From Chitinophagaceae bacterium (GTDB lineage Bacteria; Bacteroidota; Bacteroidia; Chitinophagales; Chitinophagaceae), in assembly GCA_025451655.1 (NCBI GenBank), contig JANWKA010000138.1:1-48028 (forward strand): a stretch of DNA of 48,028 bases, read 5' to 3'. The notes under the pieces are model-generated. The model did no database searches and was not told where the DNA came from. It was given only the letters and a program-made list of their open reading frames with translations. Each line of letters opens with the position of its first letter. The stretch's first letter is position 1. The translations under genes and the position numbers were made by a program. Shown here in pieces: positions 17,630-27,075 of this stretch.

Positions 17630-18436
17630 ATGTTTAAACGACTGACCGCACAGCCTTTCTGGGTGAATTTACTCGCCGCCATTGCCCTGGTGTTTTTCAT
17701 CGGATTTCTGTTTTTCGTTTCCCTGGGTTTTATCACCAGGCACGGGGATACCGTCCAGGTCCCCGAGGTGGAAGGAAAAAGCGTGGGGGATGCCCGGACC
17801 CTTCTGGAAGCCGGAGGATTCCGGGTGGTCATCCAGGATTCCCTGTATACCGACAGCCTTCCCGCCCTTACGGTACTCAGACAGTCTCCCCCTCCTGATG
17901 CCCAGGTTAAGGTCAACCGCACGGTGTTTCTCACCATCAACAAGGTCCAGCCCCCGATGGTTGCCATGCCGAACCTAATCAGTTATTCTTTCCGCAGCGC
18001 CGTAATGACCCTGGAAAGTGAACGGCTGGTGATGGGCGATACCCTGTACCGCGCAGATTTCGCCAAGAACACGGTCCTGGATCAGCTATATCACGGACAG
18101 CCCATCGCTCCGGGAACCCTGATCCCCGAAGGGAGCCAGATCAGCCTGGTCCTGGCCAATGGCGTTGGGGACACTCCGATGCCGGTCCCGGATCTTATCG
18201 GAAAGACCCTGGACCAGGCAAAAAATGACCTTTCCACCGCGGGCCTTTCGCTGGGCGCCGTCCTGTTCAACGGTCCGATCACCGATACGGCTACCGCCGT
18301 GGTGTTCCGACAGGTTCCTTCACAGGCCTCTGACCAGGGCCAGCCCAATTCCATTCATCCCGGAGAAAGCGTGGATCTTTGGGTTACCCAGTCTGCCCCT
18401 GCCTCCGATACCACCTCCCGCGGGGGCCAATACTAA
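17630..18436 (+). CDS. PASTA domain-containing membrane protein
   Basis: N-terminal TM helix (FWVNLLAAIALVFFIGFLFFV). Three PASTA-like repeats (VPEVEGKSVGDARTLLEAGGF..., MPNLISYSFRSAVMTLE..., VPDLIGKTLDQAKNDLSTAGL...). Start is trimmed to MFKRL. Confidence 0.8.
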   Translation: MFKRLTAQPFWVNLLAAIALVFFIGFLFFVSLGFITRHGDTVQVPEVEGKSVGDARTLLEAGGFRVVIQDSLYTDSLPALTVLRQSPPPDAQVKVNRTVFLTINKVQPPMVAMPNLISYSFRSAVMTLESERLVMGDTLYRADFAKNTVLDQLYHGQPIAPGTLIPEGSQISLVLANGVGDTPMPVPDLIGKTLDQAKNDLSTAGLSLGAVLFNGPITDTATAVVFRQVPSQASDQGQPNSIHPGESVDLWVTQSAPASDTTSRGGQY

Positions 18437-18442
18437 GGGTAC

Positions 18443-20269
18443 ATGATCAAGGGACTCCTTTGCATCCTGGCCGCCATCTCCACGGCATTTGCTGCCATGG
18501 CCCAGGAAAAACTGGTGCCACTTCGCGAGAACCGGATGGTGAGGGACCATACCACGGCCATTACCCGGGCAATTGCACGCACCGCCTCAGGCTCCCTTCC
18601 CTTCTTCGATGATTTTTCTCATCCCGGACCGTTTCCGGATTCTTCCCGCTGGATGGATAGCGAGGTCATTGTCAACACGGGGGAGGGGTGGATGCCTCCG
18701 GATATCGGGGTGGCTACCTTCGACGGATTGAACGGCTCCGGGCTGCCCTATGGGACCAACGGGTTCGGGAAAGCCGACAGCCTCACTTCAAGACCCCTTG
18801 ACCTGGGCACCCTGAGCCCCGCCGACTCCATCTACCTGAGTTTCTTCTATCAACCCCAGGGACTTGGTTTCCCCCCGGCCCCTCCCGATTCGCTGATGAT
18901 TTTTTTCCTGGGCCGGGACAGTGTCTGGTATGAACAATGGGGGGTCGCCGGACCGGATACCCTGGCTCCATTCCGCCAGGTAATGATCCCGGTGACCGAT
19001 CCGAAATATTTTTTCTCCGGATTTCAGTTCCGGTTCATCAACGATGCCGATTACCGGGACGCGGACAACTGGCAGGTCGATTATGTGCGTATGGGCTCCG
19101 GAAGATCTGCGACCGATACGGTGCTCAACGATGTGGCTTTCGCAGGTCCCGCGACCGGTTTGCTCAGGAACTACACCCGCATGCCCTGGAGGCAATTTGC
19201 CGCCAACCCTGCCACGGAAACCACTCCCAGCCTGAAGGTTCCCGTAAATAACTCCTGGAATTCCCGCCAGGCCGACGCAATCAGCCTTTCGGGAACCGAA
19301 CTTTATTCCGGGACCCTGCTTTCCGCTCCGGTCTCTCTTCCCCTCAGCCTGGCAGCCCTGCAGCAGCAGGACACCGTGACCTTCCCGGTCTTTCCGCTGA
19401 ATTTCACGCCCGCCTCCCCAACGGATCCGGTGGATATTGCTATGGAATACCAGATTTCAACGGGCCCAGGGGATCCCAAAAGCAATGATACCCTGGTCAT
19501 CCAGCAGCCATTCGGCAACGAAATGGCCTATGATGATGGCAGCGCAGAACTGGGTTATGAGCTGGTGGGAAGCGGCGCGGAACTGGCCTATGATTTCACC
19601 CTGAACCGGCCCGATACCCTGAGGGCGGTAGAGATCAGTTTTATCCAGACGGGGACCTCCTATACCGGGGACCTTTTTTCAATCAAGGTCTGGAAGGGGA
19701 TCAACCTGACCGGTGGATCTGCTCCCGACAGCCTGGTGGGAGAACAGGATTTCCTCGAACCCGCATTTGTGGATTCGGTGAACGGTTTTCTGACCTGTGT
19801 CCTGGATACCCCGGTCGTCCTTCCTGCAGGAAAGTTTTATGTCGGAACCTACCAGCTATATGACCAGGGGGTTGAAATCGGCCTGGATATGAACGATAAT
19901 TCCAGCGCCCATTTGCATTACAAGGTTCCCTCCTCCACCCAGTGGTGGCCTTCCGGCTTCCCCGGTGCCCTCATGCTCCGCCCTGTTTTCGGAAGGGACA
20001 CGGTGGTTAGATCCGACACCATTGCAGTGCCTCAAATGATTAACTTTGCATTGTATCCCAATCCCACCACCGGTCCCCTTTATGTCCGGATGGCCAGTTA
20101 CCGGAACGCATTATACACCATCACGGATTATACCGGGAGAATGCTCGTGGAGGGGAAGCTGGGCCCCGGACCGATCGACGTTTCAAGGCTGGCGGGAGGA
20201 CTTTACCTGTTCACGGTCTTCGATGCGTCCCGGGAGATCCTGGAATCGGTAAAATTTGTGAAACTCTGA
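18443..20269 (+). CDS. Secreted protein of unknown function with T9SS C-terminal sorting domain
   Basis: Signal peptide MIKGLLCILAAISTAFAAMAQ. The C-terminal ~80 aa (LYPNPTTGPLYV...GGLYLFTVFD...VKFVKL) match the Por/T9SS type A sorting domain pattern. Confidence 0.75.
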   Translation: MIKGLLCILAAISTAFAAMAQEKLVPLRENRMVRDHTTAITRAIARTASGSLPFFDDFSHPGPFPDSSRWMDSEVIVNTGEGWMPPDIGVATFDGLNGSGLPYGTNGFGKADSLTSRPLDLGTLSPADSIYLSFFYQPQGLGFPPAPPDSLMIFFLGRDSVWYEQWGVAGPDTLAPFRQVMIPVTDPKYFFSGFQFRFINDADYRDADNWQVDYVRMGSGRSATDTVLNDVAFAGPATGLLRNYTRMPWRQFAANPATETTPSLKVPVNNSWNSRQADAISLSGTELYSGTLLSAPVSLPLSLAALQQQDTVTFPVFPLNFTPASPTDPVDIAMEYQISTGPGDPKSNDTLVIQQPFGNEMAYDDGSAELGYELVGSGAELAYDFTLNRPDTLRAVEISFIQTGTSYTGDLFSIKVWKGINLTGGSAPDSLVGEQDFLEPAFVDSVNGFLTCVLDTPVVLPAGKFYVGTYQLYDQGVEIGLDMNDNSSAHLHYKVPSSTQWWPSGFPGALMLRPVFGRDTVVRSDTIAVPQMINFALYPNPTTGPLYVRMASYRNALYTITDYTGRMLVEGKLGPGPIDVSRLAGGLYLFTVFDASREILESVKFVKL

Positions 20270-20281
20270 AATCGATAAAAC

Positions 20282-20596
20282 ATGGATGAAATCACCGCAG
20301 AAGAACTGAAAAAAAGGATGGATGGGGGAGAGATCCTTCACCTGGTGGACGTCAGGGAACCCCTGGAACACCAGGAGTACAACATCGGGGGGATCCTTCT
20401 GCCCCTGGGGCAGATCCGGGCCCTGGACGTGGATCCCATAGAAGGTCTGAAAGAGGAAGAAGTGATTTGTTACTGCCGCAGCGGCAACCGCAGCGGCCAG
20501 GCCTGCCAGATCCTGGATTCCCTGGGATATTCACGGACCAGGAACCTCCGGGGAGGCCTGCTTTACTGGCAGCAGCAATTCGGGAAAGGGAATTAA
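20282..20596 (+). CDS. Rhodanese-like domain protein
   Basis: 104 aa. Active-site loop YCRSGNRSGQA. Confidence 0.85.
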   Translation: MDEITAEELKKRMDGGEILHLVDVREPLEHQEYNIGGILLPLGQIRALDVDPIEGLKEEEVICYCRSGNRSGQACQILDSLGYSRTRNLRGGLLYWQQQFGKGN

Positions 20597-20600
20597 CCCC

Positions 20601-21995
20601 TCAGCCATTCAGGCGCTTCAGGGGATGGGCCTCGGTGTTGAAAATCACCCGGTCGAAATTCAGGGCATGATCTCCAGCGAAGATCAGGTAAGCATATTTC
20701 AGGGTTTCTGCGAGAAAGAAGCTGTCCATGGTATCCTCCAGGGTCATGTTACGGACATCCTTCACCGCTGCGTAACCCGCATCCGTTCTGCAATACCGCT
20801 GGATGCTTTCGAACATGGTTCGGGCCATCCTGAGGTATTGCTCCCCGTGGGTATAGTGATAAAGATAATAGCAGGACTCCAGGTTTTCGGGACGCAACTC
20901 ATAGACCGGATCCAGGATCTTCATGCTGGAATAATCCAGGCTTTCCGGCTCGATTCCGGCGAGCTGCCACATCCTGAAATTGTTTGCCTGGAGGGCCCGG
21001 GCATCCCTCAAATCGCCTCCCAGGCAAAGGGTCCCTGCGAAGAAAGCATCCAGGGCACCGGTGTAAGTCCCGGTAATTTTTCCGTTTTTCATCTCTGCAT
21101 GGCCATACCAGAGGCCGCCGAAACGGGTATCTGCAAGCCAACGGTTGATGGATTTCAATGAACTGTCCCAGGCCCTCCTGCAATCGGGGTCCCGGAATAA
21201 TATGGCGCTTTTCAGCAGGTATTCGTAATAGGAATCCGTGCCCCCTCCGATGCTGCTTTCCGTCGAGGTCCAGTGGCCCGTCCGGACATTGATTCCGGAT
21301 CCGACCAGGCCTGTTTCGGGTGACCTCCTGTGGTATAGGGCCATCATAGCCTTCTTGGCCATCCGGTAATACCCGGAATCCCCGGTCAGGCGGGTGAGGG
21401 TGCCGTATTCCAGGAGCATGGTCCCGACTTCCGCGGGATTGCTCCCGGGATCCCGGGTGGCCCCGGTGCGGAGGTTCACGAAGCGGTAAGGCATCCCGGT
21501 GGGGGAAGCGAATGCAGGGGCTAGCCTTGAGGCGAGATCCACCGCCTTGCGCAGGAAGCCGCTGTCCCCATCCAATTCGAAAGCGGAAAGCAGGCCCCCG
21601 AGCTCCCGGATCGTGGTCTCAAAATTGGAAACGAAAAAATCCTGGTTAAAATCCAGGCTGTCCAGGATCAGTTTCTTCGCGGAATCGGCCTGCCGGCGCA
21701 GGCCCATCAGGATCATGGTATCGAATCCGTCCACCGGCGTCATCAGCAAGGAATGGCGGTTCCAGTCATGCCCCTGGCGGCTGAGCGGCATGAGTTCATC
21801 GTGGCCCCAGGCATATTTTACGTAACCGTCCCAGCTGTGGAGGAAGGCGGCCTTCACTTCGGCCGCCATGGCATGGCGGTCCACGACGCTATCCGGGGAG
21901 GAGCCCCGGGTCAGTGAAGCGGACTGGTGGCAGGAGGCGAGGACCCATAGCAGGCCCGGGATCAGGAGGAGTATTGGGGCTGGAATTCTGGACAT
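20601..21995 (-). CDS. Glycoside hydrolase family 47 (class I alpha-1,2-mannosidase-like), probable lipoprotein
   Basis: GH47 signature blocks AFLHSWDGYVKYAWGHDELMPLS, FETTIRELGGLLSAFEL, GGGTDSYYEYLLKSAILF, LRPENLESCYYLYHYT and FFLAETLKYAYLIFAG. Start is trimmed to MSRIPAPILLLIPGLLWVLASC (lipobox). Confidence 0.88.
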   Translation of the reverse strand: MSRIPAPILLLIPGLLWVLASCHQSASLTRGSSPDSVVDRHAMAAEVKAAFLHSWDGYVKYAWGHDELMPLSRQGHDWNRHSLLMTPVDGFDTMILMGLRRQADSAKKLILDSLDFNQDFFVSNFETTIRELGGLLSAFELDGDSGFLRKAVDLASRLAPAFASPTGMPYRFVNLRTGATRDPGSNPAEVGTMLLEYGTLTRLTGDSGYYRMAKKAMMALYHRRSPETGLVGSGINVRTGHWTSTESSIGGGTDSYYEYLLKSAILFRDPDCRRAWDSSLKSINRWLADTRFGGLWYGHAEMKNGKITGTYTGALDAFFAGTLCLGGDLRDARALQANNFRMWQLAGIEPESLDYSSMKILDPVYELRPENLESCYYLYHYTHGEQYLRMARTMFESIQRYCRTDAGYAAVKDVRNMTLEDTMDSFFLAETLKYAYLIFAGDHALNFDRVIFNTEAHPLKRLNG

Positions 21996-22190
21996 GAGCA
22001 GGAATTGGCCAGGAAAGATAATCCCTGACGGCCTCCGCTGCAAATGGGAGGAGCAACGAATTACAATATTTTTAACCCTCATGCGTTAATTCCTTAATGG
22101 TTTTCTTCTTACTTTCAACCACGCTTTCAACCGCTGAATGAGCCTGTCATTCATTTTCCCGGTATATCTGTTTAAATCAAACCTGATTTC

Positions 22191-22904
22191 ATGATTGCTT
22201 TATTGCTCCAGATCCAGGACACTGCTGGAAGGATGGGGGATTCCCTGAGCCGGATGGCCATTAACGCCCCCTCGGGTCCCCCCCAGAAGATCAGCCTGGT
22301 CGACCTGCTGGTGAAGGGAGGCGTGCTTATGGTCCCGCTGGGCGTCCTTTCCCTGATCACCGTTTTTGTTTTCGTCGAACGGTATATCGCCATCAAGAAG
22401 GCCAGCAGGATCGAGGAGAATTTCATGAACATGATCCGGGACCATATCACCAACGGCAATGTCTCAGCAGCACGTTCGCTGGCCAAAAACACCAACAATC
22501 CGGCGGCCCGGATGATCGAAAAGGGGATCCAGCGCATCGGAAAACCGATCGATGCCATTGAAAAATCCATGGAGAACGTCGGTAAGCTGGAGCTTTATAA
22601 AATGGAACGCAACATGGTGATCCTTTCCCTGATGGCGGCCGTTGCGCCCATGGTGGGATTTCTGGGAACCATTGCCGGGATGATTGAAATGTTTTTTAAT
22701 ATTTCCATCACCTCGGACATTACCCTGGGTACGATCGCAGGAGGGATCTATGTCAAGATGATCACTTCCGCTACCGGGCTCATCATCGGGGTTTGCGCCT
22801 ATGTGGGATACAGCTACCTCAATACCCAGATCAACAAGGTGGTGAACAAGATGGAATCCGCATCCTCCGAATTCATTGATATCCTGCAGGAACCGATAAG
22901 ATGA
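22191..22904 (+). CDS. exbB: MotA/TolQ/ExbB proton-channel family protein
   Basis: Three TM helices. Has the conserved C-terminal block APMVGFLGTIAGMIEMF...ATGLIIG. Confidence 0.85.
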   Translation: MIALLLQIQDTAGRMGDSLSRMAINAPSGPPQKISLVDLLVKGGVLMVPLGVLSLITVFVFVERYIAIKKASRIEENFMNMIRDHITNGNVSAARSLAKNTNNPAARMIEKGIQRIGKPIDAIEKSMENVGKLELYKMERNMVILSLMAAVAPMVGFLGTIAGMIEMFFNISITSDITLGTIAGGIYVKMITSATGLIIGVCAYVGYSYLNTQINKVVNKMESASSEFIDILQEPIR

Positions 22905-23302
22905 ACATCCGGAAAAACCGATATGACCACACGCAGGTGGAAAGCTCAGCCCTGAACGATATCCTGTTCATTTTCCTGTTGTTCTTCCTGATTGTTTCCA
23001 CCCTGGCCAACCCAAACGTGATCAAGGTTACCCTTCCCAACGCCAAAAGCAACACCAAATCCAAACAGACTGTGGTGGTGTCCATCAACAGGGACCACCA
23101 GTTTTTCGTCGGAAACAATCCGGTTCCCGAGGACCAGCTGAAGCAGGCCCTCGCTCCGAAGATCGCCAGTGAATCGGTAGATGCCACTATCGTGGTCAAT
23201 GCAGACAAATCGGTCCCGATCGAGTACGTGGTGGATGTCATGGAAGTGGCCCATGAACTCAATGCCAAGGTAGTGCTCGCGACAGCCCATCCCAATCCCT
23301 GA
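22901..23302 (+). CDS. exbD: ExbD/TolR biopolymer transport protein
   Basis: 133 aa. N-terminal TM (LNDILFIFLLFFLIVSTL) followed by a periplasmic domain. ATGA overlap with exbB. Confidence 0.85.
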   Translation: MNIRKNRYDHTQVESSALNDILFIFLLFFLIVSTLANPNVIKVTLPNAKSNTKSKQTVVVSINRDHQFFVGNNPVPEDQLKQALAPKIASESVDATIVVNADKSVPIEYVVDVMEVAHELNAKVVLATAHPNP

Positions 23303-23307
23303 TCCTT

Positions 23308-24168
23308 TCAGCCGTTCCTCCAGGCCCGGATCATCCGGTCCTTCCCCTGCAGGTCCTTCCTCAGATCCGTTTTCCATCCCCTTTCCTCAAAAAGACCCGC
23401 GGTTTCCGGGCCAAGAGATTCATTGATCTCGACAAATACCGAACCGCCGGGAGCAAGCTTTTGTTCCGCCAGGCGGAGGATGGAACGGTAGAAAACCAGG
23501 GGGTCCTCCGGGGGCGCGAAAAGGGCGTCCCCGGGCTCGAAGTTCAGCACGTGGGGAGCCATGTCCTCCGCTTCGGAGGGGGATATATAGGGCGGGTTGC
23601 TCACCACCAGGTCCAAAACAGGAAGGCTGCTGTCCTCGGCAGGGTCCAGCAAATTGGCCCGGATGGCCCGGACCGGCAATTCCAGGGACCGGGAGTTGGA
23701 TTGGGTCAGGGCAATGGCCGCTGCACTGCAATCGGTCGCTATCACCAGGGCACCGGGGAACCGTTGCTTCAGGGCTATGGCGATGCAGCCACTCCCGGTG
23801 CCCAGGTCAACGATCGTTCCGGGAGGGTCAGGCAACCCCGAGCCATGGGCGGTGATCCATTCCACCAATTCCCCGGTTTCCGGCCGGGGAATCAGCACGG
23901 ATGGATCCACCTTCAGGTCCAGGCCCAGGAAGGGGGCATGTCCCAGGACGTATTGCACCGGACGGTAGCCAGCCAATTCCCGGAGCATCCGTTCCAGTTC
24001 CTGTTGGTCCGGGGCTGGAATTTCACCATCCCCACGGCTGATCCGGCGGGTGGGGCTCATTCCGGTCACTTCCCTGAAAACCAGGTCAGCGATGGCACCT
24101 GCTTCCCCGGCGGGATAGATGGCATTCAGTTCCTGGATGAATTTCCTGAAATATTCCCTGAGCTGCAT
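23308..24168 (-). CDS. prmC: Peptide chain release factor N5-glutamine methyltransferase
   Basis: SAM motif VDLGTGSGCIAI and catalytic VSNPPYI. Start is trimmed to MQLREYFRKF. Confidence 0.88.
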   Translation of the reverse strand: MQLREYFRKFIQELNAIYPAGEAGAIADLVFREVTGMSPTRRISRGDGEIPAPDQQELERMLRELAGYRPVQYVLGHAPFLGLDLKVDPSVLIPRPETGELVEWITAHGSGLPDPPGTIVDLGTGSGCIAIALKQRFPGALVIATDCSAAAIALTQSNSRSLELPVRAIRANLLDPAEDSSLPVLDLVVSNPPYISPSEAEDMAPHVLNFEPGDALFAPPEDPLVFYRSILRLAEQKLAPGGSVFVEINESLGPETAGLFEERGWKTDLRKDLQGKDRMIRAWRNG

Positions 24169-24263
24169 GGAAGAGCAGGCTGGATCGGAGCCCCGGACAA
24201 TATAGCCCAAAATGGATAAATTTGAAGGCGGGAAATCGTTTTGCTTTCCCGCCGGAAGGACCC

Positions 24264-25301
24264 ATGGATGATGATGAACAGCTGATGTCCCGTTGTATCC
24301 AGATTGCCGGAAACTCCCGCGGCATGGTCGCGCCCAATCCCATGGTCGGTGCCCTCCTGGTGCATCAGGGAAGGATCATCGCCGAGGGAGTCCACCGCAA
24401 ATTCGGGGGACCGCACGCGGAGGCCGATTGCCTCCTGCGGGCGGAAGGGTCCCCCGGAGCGATGATCCGTTCCTCCACGCTTTATGTAAACCTGGAACCC
24501 TGTTCACACCAGGGGAAAACCCCTCCCTGTGCTGACCTGATCCTTGAAAATGGCATCCCGGAAGTGGTGATCGGTACCGAGGACCCCTTCGAACTGGTCA
24601 GCGGGAGGGGAATCCGCAGGCTGCGTGAAGGCGGGGTCAGGGTCCGTTCAGGCATTCTGGCGGGTGAATGCCGGCAGTTGAATATCCGGTTCTTCACCTT
24701 CCATGAAAAGAAAAGGCCCTACATCATCCTGAAATGGGCGCGAAGCAGGGACGGTTTTATTTCCCGAAAGGATGGGAGCCCGGTGAAACTGACCCATGAG
24801 CTCGCGGACCGGGTGGTCCATAAATGGCGGAGCGAAGAATCCGCAATTCTTATCGGTGCCGGGACGCTGCGATCGGATCAGCCACGCCTGACCAACCGCC
24901 TCTGGACCGGCACCAGTCCGGTCCGGGTCATCCTGGGACGGAAAGCGGAGTCCCTGAAGGGATCTTCCCTGGAGGGGGGCGGCCCACCGATTCTTTTCTT
25001 CAACTGCGAAAAAAGCGGAAGGGCTGACGGGGTGGAATGGATCCGGGTCCGGGAAGGGGTTTCCCCGCTCCCCCAGCTCATGGAAGCCTTGCATTTCCGC
25101 GGCATCAGTTCGGTTCTCGTGGAGGGAGGTGCGACCCTGCTCGGTATGATCCTCTCGGAAGGATGCTGGGATGAGGCCCGGGTCATCACCGCCCCGGTTT
25201 GGCTGGAAGAGGGAACCAGGGAACCCCAACTGAAAGGATCCCGGATGATCCGGGAATATGATCTGGGGCAGGACCTGGTCACGGAATTTGCCCCGGCCTG
25301 A
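24264..25301 (+). CDS. ribD: Bifunctional riboflavin biosynthesis deaminase/reductase
   Basis: Deaminase zinc motifs HAEADCL and LEPCSHQGKTPPCADLI. C-terminal RibD reductase domain (ILKWARSRDGFIS...). Start is trimmed to MDDDEQLMSRCIQIA. Confidence 0.92.
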   Translation: MDDDEQLMSRCIQIAGNSRGMVAPNPMVGALLVHQGRIIAEGVHRKFGGPHAEADCLLRAEGSPGAMIRSSTLYVNLEPCSHQGKTPPCADLILENGIPEVVIGTEDPFELVSGRGIRRLREGGVRVRSGILAGECRQLNIRFFTFHEKKRPYIILKWARSRDGFISRKDGSPVKLTHELADRVVHKWRSEESAILIGAGTLRSDQPRLTNRLWTGTSPVRVILGRKAESLKGSSLEGGGPPILFFNCEKSGRADGVEWIRVREGVSPLPQLMEALHFRGISSVLVEGGATLLGMILSEGCWDEARVITAPVWLEEGTREPQLKGSRMIREYDLGQDLVTEFAPA

Positions 25302-25319
25302 TTTTTCTTTTCTGACCGG

Positions 25320-26213
25320 TCAACTGACGGTGAACCTCGGGCTTACGGTTTTTGGGCTTCCATCCTGGGGATAACGGTAAAACCCTTCGGAAGTTTTCAC
25401 CCCCAGGCAACCCGCCTGAACCATGCTGACCAGCAGGGGACAGGGAGCGTAGCGGGAATCCCCGAAACCTTCCTGGAGCACCCGGAGGATGGAAAGACAG
25501 GTGTCCAGCCCGATGAAATCGGCGAGCTGCAGGGGACCCATGGGATGGGCCATGCCGAGTTTCATGATGGTATCGATTTGTTCCACCCCACCCACGTTTT
25601 CCTCCAGGGCATATACCGCTTCGTTGATCATCGGCATGAGGATCCGGTTGGCAATAAAGCCAGGATAATCCCTGACCACGCAGGGGGTTTTCCCCAGGGA
25701 TCCGGTGAGGGCAATGATCCGGTCCGTGGTATCTGGACTTGTCCGGTAGCCGTTGATGATCTCCACCAGTTTCATGACCGCAACGGGATTCATAAAATGC
25801 ATGCCGATGACCTGGGCGGGCCTGAGGGTAACTGCCGCAATGCGGGTGATGGAAATGGATGAGGTGTTCGTGGCCAGGATGGCCCCAGAGGGACTGAACT
25901 GGTCCAGTTGCCTGAAAAGATTCAGCTTCACTTCGGTGTTTTCCGTGGCCGCCTCAATGACCAGGTCCGCATCTGCCACCGCCCGGTCAAGCTGGGCCCG
26001 GGTGGCCAGGCGGGAAAGGGCTTCGGTTTTTTGATCCGGGCTGATCCCCTGTTTGGCCACCTGCCGGTCCAGGTTCCGGGAAATGGTTTCAAAGGCCCGG
26101 GAAAGGGCGGCATCCGAAACGTCCGTAAGGGTTACCTGGTATCCGGCGGTGGAAAATACCTGGGCGATCCCCAGGCCCATGGTTCCCGCCCCTACCACAG
26201 CAATCCGTTGCAT
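25320..26213 (-). CDS. 3-hydroxyacyl-CoA/3-hydroxybutyryl-CoA dehydrogenase
   Basis: Rossmann IAVVGAGTMGLGIAQV. HFMNPV and the GFIANRIL motifs of the 3HCDH family. Confidence 0.88.
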   Translation of the reverse strand: MQRIAVVGAGTMGLGIAQVFSTAGYQVTLTDVSDAALSRAFETISRNLDRQVAKQGISPDQKTEALSRLATRAQLDRAVADADLVIEAATENTEVKLNLFRQLDQFSPSGAILATNTSSISITRIAAVTLRPAQVIGMHFMNPVAVMKLVEIINGYRTSPDTTDRIIALTGSLGKTPCVVRDYPGFIANRILMPMINEAVYALEENVGGVEQIDTIMKLGMAHPMGPLQLADFIGLDTCLSILRVLQEGFGDSRYAPCPLLVSMVQAGCLGVKTSEGFYRYPQDGSPKTVSPRFTVS

Positions 26214-26238
26214 ATCTGGTTTTTAACCGGTTGATCCC

Positions 26239-26880
26239 TTACTGGTTCTTGAAATCGCCCCGCTTCCAGGCATCGATAAACTCCTGCCAGGCCACCGGGT
26301 TGAAAATATTCAGGGGAGGAGTTTGGCCATTATAGTAATAGGCCTTGGCCCGCTGGTTGAAATAATTATTCACGGCCTCCTGGGGGCTTGCGGGAACGGT
26401 GAGGCGAAGGGCCTTCAGGGAAGCTGCCTCGGTGTTTTTCCGAGCGATCTCATACTGGTCATCGGGGAATTTCCAGTGGGTGAAAGCGTATTCAAACTCG
26501 TACTTGCTCGGATAAGGCCGGATGATGGTCACCGGGAGGTAAAGGGTATCGCGGACCATCAGCTGGATCATGGAAAAATGGGATCCTTTCAGGTTCAGGG
26601 GGATCCGGACATCCTTGGACCGGAACCCTACCGCGCTGAAATGGATCACGTCCCCCTTGAAGGCGACGATGGAGAAAACCCCCTCCTCGTTGGACATGGT
26701 TCCGCGGGTCGTCCCCTGCACGGATATATCCACCCCAGGCACCGCCCTGAGGCTGTCGGCGGTCATGGTCACACCCGAAAATTCCACTACGGTGTCCTTC
26801 AGGGTCGCGAACTGGGCCTGGACCCTGAAAGGACATCCTGCGAGGCCCAAAAGGATTATCAGCTTCTTGAACCTTTTCAT
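26239..26880 (-). CDS. Carboxypeptidase-regulatory-like domain protein (secreted), unknown function
   Basis: Signal peptide MKRFKKLIILLGLAGCPFRVQAQ. The N-terminal beta-sandwich pattern VEFSGVTMTADSLRAVPGVDISVQGTTRGTMSNEEGVFSI is typical of CarboxypepD_reg domains. Confidence 0.55.
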   Translation of the reverse strand: MKRFKKLIILLGLAGCPFRVQAQFATLKDTVVEFSGVTMTADSLRAVPGVDISVQGTTRGTMSNEEGVFSIVAFKGDVIHFSAVGFRSKDVRIPLNLKGSHFSMIQLMVRDTLYLPVTIIRPYPSKYEFEYAFTHWKFPDDQYEIARKNTEAASLKALRLTVPASPQEAVNNYFNQRAKAYYYNGQTPPLNIFNPVAWQEFIDAWKRGDFKNQ

Positions 26881-27035
26881 AACCTTTCAGGTCAAATATA
26901 GGGCCGGACCAGGGCCAGCACAAGTTACCGGGTAAAACCTGTCAAGCCCAAAGTTAAAGGATTCTGCCAACCCATCCTTCCGTCCATTCCATTTCCGAAA
27001 GGCCCGCAAGCCCCCAATTTACTGGTTAAATAGGC

Positions 27036-27043
27036 TATTTTTG
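27036..27043 (+). promoter_or_regulatory. Candidate -7 promoter box (TATTTTTG)
   Basis: TAnnTTTG match 33 nt upstream of ATG 27076. Confidence 0.4.
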
Positions 27044-27075
27044 CAACTGTTGAATCATCTTAACAGGAAATTACC

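Noticed and set aside
24169-24263. A possible FMN riboswitch upstream of ribD. A TPP riboswitch upstream of the thiamine-binding-fold gene at 28823 was also considered.
   Set aside because: The prmC-ribD divergent spacer is only about 95 nt and the 28812..28822 gap only 11 nt. Both are too short for those aptamers, and I saw none of their conserved cores.
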